Source: an uncultured Gammaproteobacteria bacterium
Lineage (GTDB): Bacteria > Patescibacteriota > Microgenomatia > JALYQM01
NCBI GenBank assembly: GCA_964535655.1
Contig: CAZHTP010000003.1
Location: 65,186 to 129,185 of the forward strand
DNA: 64,000 nt
Reading direction: 5' to 3'
Part shown: piece after piece, positions 9,693-17,394 of the stretch
Numbering within the stretch: position 1 is the stretch's first letter
Layout of the letters: each line of letters starts with the position of its first letter
Made by a program: the position numbers and the translations under genes
The notes under the pieces: model-generated
Seen by the model: only the letters and a program-made list of their open reading frames with translations
What the model was told of the DNA's origin: nothing
Database searches by the model: none

Positions 9693-10881
9693 ATTTTGTC
9701 AAAATAAGTTTTGCTAAATTTAAATACCTTTTTGCAATATTCGGCCAGGTCATGAAGCGGCCTTTTCGATAGGCACTCGATTTATACTTTAACATTAAAT
9801 CAGAGTTGGTTATTACTTTAATTACTTGCTCCGCAATTGAACTTGGAGCTTTAAAGTCTACAAATAACCCAACATCATTTGCCAAGACTTCAATAGCGTA
9901 ATTATAGGGTGTAGAGATACAGACATTACCTGCTCCCAGCGCGTAAGAAAGTGTTCCTGACATTGGTTGCTGCGGGTCAAGGTGCGGTGTAATAAAAATA
10001 TCGGCAGCTTTATGATGCTTAATTAATTCTTCGAGAGAAAAATATTTATTTACAAACGTTACATTTTTCTTAATCTTTAAATCTGCCACTTTTTTTTCTA
10101 GACTATTGCGATATTTTTCGCCTTCATTACGCATTAAAACGGGATGCGTTTGTCCTGCTATAATTAACTGAATGTCTGCCTCAGCTTTAAGAATCTCTGG
10201 CATTGCGTCAATAACATATTCAATACCTTTACCTGGACTTAACAAGCCCTGTAAAAGAATTGCGTATCTGGATTTGATCTTAAGCATTTTTTTGTATTCT
10301 TCGTGGTGATTAAAGGAAAAATCTGGAACTCCATGCTGAATTACTGTAGTTTTTTCTGGTTCACACCCATATACTTCAGTTAAAATTTTTCGCGTATTCT
10401 GAGTCATTGCAATAACTGCACTGGACTTTTCCACGATTCGCTTAATGATATATTTTTTATGCTCGTCGGGATTAGGAAGTAAGGTATGGAAATTAGTTAT
10501 GATAGGTTTATTAATTAGATCCAACATTGGCAAAATATAATCACCATCAACTCCCCCAAACAAGCCAAATTCATGTTGTAGATTAATGACGTCTGCGGAA
10601 GATTGGTTTATGTAGTGAGCAGCCATATAATAATCTTGGGGATTATTTTGGTGAATTCTTACTTTGACTTCCCATGGATAGTCATAATTCTGGCCATCGT
10701 CGGTTACCGCAATAATTTCAGCTAACGCGTGCGGATTTTGATTATTGATCGCGGTGGTCAGATCCTTGGTGAAGGTCGCTATGCCGCATTTACGAGGAAT
10801 ATAAGAGGAAATATATATAGCTTTGATAGGTCTTTCCTCGTTATCGAGTTCATGAGTAATATTTAGTTTAGATTTATCCAT
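9616..10881 (-). CDS. glycosyltransferase family 4-like, first gene of the glycan operon
   Basis: IYISSYIPRKCGIATFTKDL is an N-terminal GT-B acceptor-domain signature, and the C-terminal GAGNVCISTPYNYAIEVL resembles a GT4 donor-binding motif. Confidence 0.65.
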   Translation of the reverse strand: MDKSKLNITHELDNEERPIKAIYISSYIPRKCGIATFTKDLTTAINNQNPHALAEIIAVTDDGQNYDYPWEVKVRIHQNNPQDYYMAAHYINQSSADVINLQHEFGLFGGVDGDYILPMLDLINKPIITNFHTLLPNPDEHKKYIIKRIVEKSSAVIAMTQNTRKILTEVYGCEPEKTTVIQHGVPDFSFNHHEEYKKMLKIKSRYAILLQGLLSPGKGIEYVIDAMPEILKAEADIQLIIAGQTHPVLMRNEGEKYRNSLEKKVADLKIKKNVTFVNKYFSLEELIKHHKAADIFITPHLDPQQPMSGTLSYALGAGNVCISTPYNYAIEVLANDVGLFVDFKAPSSIAEQVIKVITNSDLMLKYKSSAYRKGRFMTWPNIAKRYLNLAKLILTKYDKEHTTQVDAPVSDNRSIWHMATS

Positions 10882-10966
10882 AAAATTAACCTGCAGACAT
10901 TAATATAAGTTTACCTTATATTACCTGTGTTACTATTATAACACTGATTTTAGGAAAGTCAAAGCT

Positions 10967-11441
10967 GTGGAGCTTAAAAATACATTACCGCGATCGCTTA
11001 CAGTCGAGATGCTGCAGTGGTTCATAATCCATCAGAAGGCTGTACCTCTGGGATCATTGTCGAGACCGAAGCCTACCATTCTCAGGATCCCGCAAGCCAT
11101 GCGTCTGGTGGCAAAAATAAGCGGAATGAAGCCATGTTTGGGGAGCCAGGACATGCATACATATATTTTATTTATGGAGTACATTAATGCAACATCGGCG
11201 GGGACTTTCTCAAAGCACCTTACTCACTAATGGACCTGCAAAACTTGTTAAAGCTATGAGCATCAACTATTCACTGTTAGGAATTGATCGCACCGGAGAC
11301 ACTCTTTTTATTACCGAATTGGATCGTACCTACTTTGAGTCTGATATCGTAACGACGGCACGGATTGGCATTACTAAAGGTGTGGATGCACTGCTGCGTT
11401 TTTATCTTAAAAGGAGTAACTTTGTATCAAAAACAGGATGA
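10967..11441 (+). pseudogene. mpg: 3-methyladenine DNA glycosylase (Mpg/AAG family), disrupted
   Basis: The coding sequence spans three frames. LPRS lies in frame 2 at 10985-10996. YSRDAAVV...[45 protein letters not shown] lies in frame 1 and ends at TAA 11185. MQHRRG...LTNGPAKLVKAMSI...RIGITKGVDALLRFY lies in frame 0 from 11187. About 25 aa expected between YGxH and the RRG motif are missing. Confidence 0.6.
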
Positions 11442-11454
11442 TATAATTTAAGGC

Positions 11455-12942
11455 ATGAGTACATCAATCGATCGACTAAAACAAATTTCTGCCGAGATTT
11501 ATGATTTACGTTGTATAGTTCAACTTTTGGCCTGGGATCAGGAAGTCTATATGCCACCTGGCGCAGCTGCTGACCGTGGTAACCAGATCGCTACTATTTC
11601 AACGATTATCCATCAAAAAGAAACTTCACAGGAATTAGGTAAGATACTGAATGAGATTGCGCATGAATCAAACTCTTTATCTGTAGAAGACAATGCTTTG
11701 GTACGCGTAATGAAACGAAGTTATGATCAAGCGACTAAACTGCCTGAAGAGTTTGTTAACGAATTTACTCAGCTCACTTCTAACTCAGTCCATGCGTGGG
11801 TGGAAGCGCGGCAGGCTTCAGATTTTTCAAAGTTTGCTCCCTATTTAGAAAAAGTTGTGGAAATGACGAAAAAACAAGCTGAATATTTAGGATATGAGAA
11901 ACATCCGTATGATGCGTTACTGGATTTATATGAAGAAGGTTTAACGAGTGAAGATGTCACAAAAATGTTTAGTCAATTAAAAGAACCGCTCGTACGAATT
12001 CTAAAAGAAGCACAGAATAAATGGAAGGATGATTTTAGTTTTAGTGAACCGTTTGATGAACTTGAGCAAATTGCTTTTTCCAAACGAGCTCTACAGAAAA
12101 TTGGCTATGATTTTAACCGAGGTCGGGAAGATAAATCTCCGCACCCTTTTACCGAAGCCATGGGCCATAATGATCGCCGGGTGACGAATAGATATAAACC
12201 TAATGACCTCGATTTTATTTCCTCCGCACTGCATGAAGGAGGTCATGGTTTATATGAGCAAGGAATTTCGGAGCGGATTGCTCGCACACATTTGGATACC
12301 GGTGTGTCCCTGGGGATTCATGAGAGTCAGTCTAAGTTCTGGGAATGTATGATTGGCGGTCGCTATGAGTTTTGGGAGAATTTTTATCCGGAACTTAAGG
12401 CTGCATTCCCACGCCAACTGGGGTCAGTCGCATTGCCGGATTTCTATCATACGCTGCATAAAGTAAGTCCCAGCCTTATTCGCGTTGAGGCAGATGAGGT
12501 TACCTATAATTTACATATTTTGATTCGATTTGAAATCGAGAAAGACCTTATAGAAGGGAAAATTAAGGTTAATGAATTGCCCGAGATTTGGAATGCAAAA
12601 TATAAGGAATATCTGGGAATTGATGTTCCTGACGATGCCCATGGTGTGTTGCAGGATATTCATTGGTCTCATGGGTCGCTCGGCTACTTTCCTACATACA
12701 CTATAGGGAATCTGGGTGCAGCTCAAATTTGGCATGCGTATACTGAATATGATCCAGAGTGGAAGCAGACGCTACGTAGCGGAAATACAGGAAAAATACT
12801 TGCCTGGCTAACGGAAAATATGTATCAGTATGGCTCAATCTACCAGCCAAAGGAATTGATGAAAAAAGTTACCGGTGAAGAATTGGACGCGAAGTATTGG
12901 TTGGAGTATGTGGAGAATAAGTATCTTAGTCTAAATCGATAA
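11455..12942 (+). CDS. carboxypeptidase Taq (M32 family metallocarboxypeptidase)
   Basis: Shows the HPF motif, DRRVT motif, HEGGHGLYEQG (HExxH) and IRVEADE. Confidence 0.8.
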   Translation: MSTSIDRLKQISAEIYDLRCIVQLLAWDQEVYMPPGAAADRGNQIATISTIIHQKETSQELGKILNEIAHESNSLSVEDNALVRVMKRSYDQATKLPEEFVNEFTQLTSNSVHAWVEARQASDFSKFAPYLEKVVEMTKKQAEYLGYEKHPYDALLDLYEEGLTSEDVTKMFSQLKEPLVRILKEAQNKWKDDFSFSEPFDELEQIAFSKRALQKIGYDFNRGREDKSPHPFTEAMGHNDRRVTNRYKPNDLDFISSALHEGGHGLYEQGISERIARTHLDTGVSLGIHESQSKFWECMIGGRYEFWENFYPELKAAFPRQLGSVALPDFYHTLHKVSPSLIRVEADEVTYNLHILIRFEIEKDLIEGKIKVNELPEIWNAKYKEYLGIDVPDDAHGVLQDIHWSHGSLGYFPTYTIGNLGAAQIWHAYTEYDPEWKQTLRSGNTGKILAWLTENMYQYGSIYQPKELMKKVTGEELDAKYWLEYVENKYLSLNR

Positions 12943-14470
12943 CTGAAGCGTTAAGTTGTTCGCATAAACGACCCACAAGTTGATGAGAAATAACGATTAT
13001 TTCTGGTCCATTAGTTTGATTTTTTATCCTTCCAATAGCTTGTAATTGCAACCCAACATTAAGACCGTGATCAAGCTTATCAAGTGGTTCGTCTAAAATG
13101 ATGCCTTTGACTTCAGAATTATATCTAGCTGTCAACTCTGCAAGTAACATGACTATCCTCTGTCTCTGACCATCTGACAATGAATCCTGACCGAATACTC
13201 GTTTTCCATGCATTCCCGCAATATTTAAATTGCCTCCGGCACTTTCTAAAAGACTATTAACCCATGATAATCTAGCTTCCCTAAATTTTGTTATTTCAGT
13301 TAATAGACTTAAATCTAAATAGTTTGGAGATCCGCCTTGCCTTTTGATTATATCTGCAGATAAGAGGTTATCTTCAATATCCCTAATATGATACCATAAT
13401 TCTTGTTTCTCTAGCGGGATAGCATAGTGCTGATCATCGATAAACTTGAAAACTGGATTGAATATGTCTACTAGTTCAGATTTAGGATTTATTTGACCTT
13501 GACCAAAAATACGGATATGTTTACTAATGTCCCGTCTGGGTAATGACTTAGTGTTAGTTGCTACACCATTATCAACAACATAAACCTCACCACTATATCT
13601 TGTTATATTTCTCGGTCCAAGCCATAACTGTGATTTTCCTTTACCGGATCCTCCTTTAATTACGGTTACTTCTCCCGATCGAGCAGTAATCGAAAAATTT
13701 TGTATGTCAGTTCTTGCACCGTTAGGAAGTTCTGAAGCAACGTTATCAAGTATTAATCCTCTCTGGAAATCAATCAAATCAGTGTACTCTATTGGTGGAT
13801 TGTTGCTAAGAAATTTTTCCCAGCTATTATCAGTTATTAAAACGGTCTCCCGGTTTAATACGTTCCCTAGACCGGTAACTATTTCTGTTGCCCGGTGGGC
13901 ATCAACTGCAGCACGTTTAGTGGTAAGAGTATTTACTAACCCAGATAAACTAAAAGAGGTGGCGAATAACAATCCAGCGGCCGCATCCTTTGAAGCACTT
14001 AATAACGTTATAATGGTTGCGATAGTAGGTGTCTGTGAAATTATGTTTAATTTAGTAACATCTTTTAAATGTCCTTCAAGCAAATCGCTTAACCATTCGA
14101 TAGACTTTGCGCTACGTGCGGCTCGAGTTGCTGCGGCACGGACTATATTCATTGAAGTAAATGCTGTTCTGCCAATCCAATAAGAGGCTCCTGCAGCTGA
14201 AGCAAAAATTGCTGTAAGAAATTCATTAGCGTAGGGATAAATAATCCCAGCAATTAAAGTTGGAGTGATTATGTTTTGGAGATTCTTAATACGTGCACTA
14301 CTAAGCTCAGCATTATATATTCTGCCGCCTAATTGATTTAGCGATGAGATTTCCTCTCCATTAAGACCTTCTGCCTTTAGTAATTCCGTGACAACAGGTA
14401 TTTTGTCACCATGTTCCATATAGGCATTGTCTAATGCTAACTGGAGATCTACTCCATTTCTGTTGGTCAA
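12926..14470 (-). CDS. atypical ABC-type ATPase with a 260-aa N-terminal Ala/Thr/Ser-rich domain of unknown function
   Basis: Walker A VIKGGSGKGKSQ sits at about aa 270, signature LSDGQRQRIVM at about 440, Walker B GIILDEPLDKLD and H-loop ISHQ. The Walker A to signature spacing is about 170 aa, longer than in a canonical NBD. The annotated start is TTG, and the frame stays open upstream to an in-frame TGA at 14585-14587. Confidence 0.55.
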   Translation of the reverse strand: MTNRNGVDLQLALDNAYMEHGDKIPVVTELLKAEGLNGEEISSLNQLGGRIYNAELSSARIKNLQNIITPTLIAGIIYPYANEFLTAIFASAAGASYWIGRTAFTSMNIVRAAATRAARSAKSIEWLSDLLEGHLKDVTKLNIISQTPTIATIITLLSASKDAAAGLLFATSFSLSGLVNTLTTKRAAVDAHRATEIVTGLGNVLNRETVLITDNSWEKFLSNNPPIEYTDLIDFQRGLILDNVASELPNGARTDIQNFSITARSGEVTVIKGGSGKGKSQLWLGPRNITRYSGEVYVVDNGVATNTKSLPRRDISKHIRIFGQGQINPKSELVDIFNPVFKFIDDQHYAIPLEKQELWYHIRDIEDNLLSADIIKRQGGSPNYLDLSLLTEITKFREARLSWVNSLLESAGGNLNIAGMHGKRVFGQDSLSDGQRQRIVMLLAELTARYNSEVKGIILDEPLDKLDHGLNVGLQLQAIGRIKNQTNGPEIIVISHQLVGRLCEQLNASVIDLD

Positions 14471-15005
14471 AATTAACTCAGCGACCTTCCCAACCGCTTG
14501 AGCAGATACACCAACCGCCGCATATACATGACTCCATTCTCCTCCTGCTACGTATGCAAAATTACATTTCCCAGAATATTGTCTTCATGTTTTGGGGGCT
14601 TGACAGTTTGATCCTGCAATTTGCATACCGACTGCTCCTGTCTCGATAATTCTTCGTATGGCAATTCGTTTGGAGATTTCTTCTTTTCCGCCAATTTCAA
14701 CTATAACGCGAGCTGACGGCTGGGAATCTCCAATTATTAGATCGTCAACTTTATATAAAAGTTGAGTGCCTAAGCGCCTTAGTTTATCTGGTGAATTTTT
14801 CTCCTTATTTAAGGAATTATTTTCAACTACAGAATTACTTTTGTTTTTTCCACTAGACCCATAATCTGGAGATTCTATTATTATAGGATAATTTTGTCAA
14901 TCTACGATTACTCTCCTAATTGACAGCATGTGTGATCTATCGTACAAAGAGATTAGAAAGCGAGTTGTTTAAAAGTCATGCGCGAACTTCTAAACAGTAT
15001 TAATA

Positions 15006-15590
15006 ATGGCTGTTGAGCTCAATCGCTCATTGGCCTTTGCCCCTCACGGATTTCCAGAAATCCTTTCACAGTCAGTTCAAAAATTTCCTAATAGACGCCG
15101 TTTAGAATATTGTCCGGAGCATTTACCCTCTCGCGTGCCACTTGATCGAGAACAGCGACAGTGGATAAAGGCACGAGCAACGGATAAACATGGCATTCTA
15201 CGTTCGGAATGGACAGGAATGAAAATTGAGTTTCCTAGTATTCATCATATCCGCCCAGTAGCATATCTGGTTGCACAATTTGATCCACTAGGGGAAATAG
15301 GACCGGATTTATACGATACCCCTGACAATATAATCGTGTTATCTGAAGCTGAGCATATGCGATTACACCCGGAGGCGCGACGCTTGAACTTATTGTGGAT
15401 ACGCGATAGGCGGCAATTTTACCGGGAGGTACGGCAAATTCAAGTCCGGCTTATGAACGGAGAGAAAAATTGGATCGATAAATACGATGAACGATTCCTG
15501 GCTATCGCCGAAGAACGGACCTTGGCATTTATAAAAAAAGAGCACCCGTGGCCGCTGCATAAGAGTAGAAAGTTTAGGAAAGCTGCGTGA
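15006..15590 (+). CDS. HNH endonuclease family protein
   Basis: SIHHIRPVAY and NIIVLSEAEHMRLH match the HNH core (His-His ... Asn ... His). No SD sequence is evident, and a 420-nt noncoding stretch lies upstream. Confidence 0.6.
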   Translation: MAVELNRSLAFAPHGFPEILSQSVQKFPNRRRLEYCPEHLPSRVPLDREQRQWIKARATDKHGILRSEWTGMKIEFPSIHHIRPVAYLVAQFDPLGEIGPDLYDTPDNIIVLSEAEHMRLHPEARRLNLLWIRDRRQFYREVRQIQVRLMNGEKNWIDKYDERFLAIAEERTLAFIKKEHPWPLHKSRKFRKAA

Positions 15591-15593
15591 GAG

Positions 15594-16328
15594 TTACTTT
15601 AAGAGCGTCAAAACTTCTTCGCGAAATTTTGGATCGTTAATACTCCCGGTATGAATGTTCCACTGACCACGAAGGGGAAATAATTTATTGACAGCATGTT
15701 TGTTTTTAGAACCAGCAATTCCGGAAGGAATTTTTTTATTTACGACAATTGAGAACGGTAGCAGCATGTCCCAGGGACAGTAATAGTTTATCCAGCGAAG
15801 TGACTTAGTATTAAATCGTTCTTCGATATTTGTATTAGTGAAGGCAAATTTCTGTGGTAAATCGGCTTGGACTGTGACAAGGGTGTGCACATATTCAGGA
15901 ACTCCGTAAATTTCGAAATAAGTAAAAGCAAGGACACTGCCAAGCGAAAACGCTACCACAACTTCAGGCTTTTCTTTCTCTAAAAATTCCTGAAATTTCA
16001 TCCGCAGTTCATGGCTTTCGGCAAGTTGATGCTCTTTTTTGTAGACTGAATATTGTTTAGGGATATTATAAAAATACTGGAGATCAGGAAATGTACTTTC
16101 AATATACCATTTAAATACCGCAGCGGTTCCTGTTTTGACATCGGTTTTAAATGCAGAGAATCCTGCATACTCTTGAGGTTCTCTACTTAAGATTTTACTT
16201 GTTGTTCCGGACCCATATCCGTGAATCAATGCAATCTTTGCCATGTTATGATTATAACTCATTAATTGCACAATTCCTATTTTCTTGTATAGTGACTTGA
16301 TGGATGGTATTTTTTCAAAAAAGCTCAA
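15594..16328 (-). CDS. alpha/beta hydrolase fold protein (serine hydrolase)
   Basis: IALIHGYGSG fits the HGxxG oxyanion region, AFSLGS is a GxSxG nucleophile elbow, and a C-terminal His is present. The likely true start is MAKIAL at about 16244. Confidence 0.55.
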   Translation of the reverse strand: MSFFEKIPSIKSLYKKIGIVQLMSYNHNMAKIALIHGYGSGTTSKILSREPQEYAGFSAFKTDVKTGTAAVFKWYIESTFPDLQYFYNIPKQYSVYKKEHQLAESHELRMKFQEFLEKEKPEVVVAFSLGSVLAFTYFEIYGVPEYVHTLVTVQADLPQKFAFTNTNIEERFNTKSLRWINYYCPWDMLLPFSIVVNKKIPSGIAGSKNKHAVNKLFPLRGQWNIHTGSINDPKFREEVLTLLK

Positions 16329-16944
16329 ACGTAGTATTACAAGTTTAGTGATTTTTGCCGTAATTCTCTGTATTGTTACTATATTAAAATTTCCTCAACA
16401 ACAACCTCCTTCCTCCCCTTTATCTCCTGTCCCTCAAAGCTCTGTACTGACGACATTGCCTGATATTCGTGTTGGAGACAATACTACACCAATAGCTTCG
16501 GCAAGTGCAGTGTTAGGTAGCTCAAGCCGTGAGAAAGCAATTGTAAAACGGATTGTCGATGGGGATACGGTTCTACTCACCGATGGTCGTAAATTACGGT
16601 ATATTGGCATTGATACTCCTGAAACAGTTAAGCCAGGAGTAACGCCTGAATGTTATGGACATGAAGCTTCACAAAAAAATAAAGAGCTAGTTGAAGGAAA
16701 AGGAATTGAAATGGTCAAAGATATCTCAGAAGTTGATCGCTACGGTCGGTTGTTACGGTATGTGTATGTAGGGGATGTATTTGTGAATGATACTTTAATT
16801 CGAGAAGGTTTTGCTTACGCTTCAACCTACCCTCCTGATGTAAAGTATTCTGAGCAATTTAAGGATGCGGAACGAGATGCGCAGACGCATTCGGCCGGAC
16901 TATGGGCAGCCAGTTGCCCAGTGCATAAAGGCGATAAAATATGA
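16285..16944 (+). CDS. membrane-anchored thermonuclease (SNase/micrococcal nuclease-like)
   Basis: An N-terminal TM segment precedes RIVDGDTV and LRYIGIDTPET, which match SNase active-site motifs. The likely start is MDGIF at 16300. Confidence 0.7.
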   Translation: MYSDLMDGIFSKKLKRSITSLVIFAVILCIVTILKFPQQQPPSSPLSPVPQSSVLTTLPDIRVGDNTTPIASASAVLGSSSREKAIVKRIVDGDTVLLTDGRKLRYIGIDTPETVKPGVTPECYGHEASQKNKELVEGKGIEMVKDISEVDRYGRLLRYVYVGDVFVNDTLIREGFAYASTYPPDVKYSEQFKDAERDAQTHSAGLWAASCPVHKGDKI

Positions 16945-16956
16945 TACAACTATACT

Positions 16957-17328
16957 ATGCAAAATGAAGTGATACTCGATGAACGCGGATTTATAGTTGC
17001 ACATTATGATGGCCACCAAACTGAAGAGATTATGCAAGAGCGGCTGGATAAAATTTCTTCTCTTATTACCAAACTACGTGAAGAACGGAAGCCCGTTCTT
17101 ATTCTCGCTATCATGAATAGTCCAGGCGACTCTAACCATGTCGTTCGCAAAATGGGAGTTGATGCAATCGCAAAATGGGACTACAACAAGTTAGCGGTAT
17201 TTGGAACGAGCTTGGTAATGAAAAACTTGTTTAATTTTCTGCTTAACGTTGCCGGTCAGCAGCAACGAGTTGCCTACTTCGAGTCTGAGGCTGCTGCAAT
17301 TGAATGGCTTAAAAAGCCCTTAATCTAA
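16957..17328 (+). CDS. hypothetical protein, possibly STAS/SpoIIAA-like
   Basis: A 123-aa soluble alpha/beta-like protein with no diagnostic motif; only a weak resemblance to STAS domains. It lies 13 nt downstream of the nuclease gene. Confidence 0.3.
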   Translation: MQNEVILDERGFIVAHYDGHQTEEIMQERLDKISSLITKLREERKPVLILAIMNSPGDSNHVVRKMGVDAIAKWDYNKLAVFGTSLVMKNLFNFLLNVAGQQQRVAYFESEAAAIEWLKKPLI

Positions 17329-17350
17329 GTTAAATTAGAAAAATTAATAC

Positions 17351-17380
17351 AAAAAAGCCGCTAGATGCGGCTTTTTTTTG
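17351..17380. terminator. bidirectional rho-independent terminator between the STAS-like gene and rpoC
   Basis: aaaaaaGCCGCtagatGCGGCtttttttt: a perfect 5-bp GC stem flanked by an A-run and a T-run, 15 nt beyond the rpoC stop. Confidence 0.6.
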
Positions 17381-17394
17381 TATTGAGAATGATC

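Noticed and set aside
14434-14649. 71-aa plus-strand ORF overlapping the 5' end of the ABC-type ATPase gene
   Set aside because: It is antisense to a better-supported minus-strand frame that continues the ATPase ORF, and it has no motif or ribosome-binding site.
15006-15590. HNH gene as a clearly foreign GC island
   Set aside because: Hand counts of GC give about 42% against a background of about 38%. The difference is too small to call horizontal transfer on composition alone.
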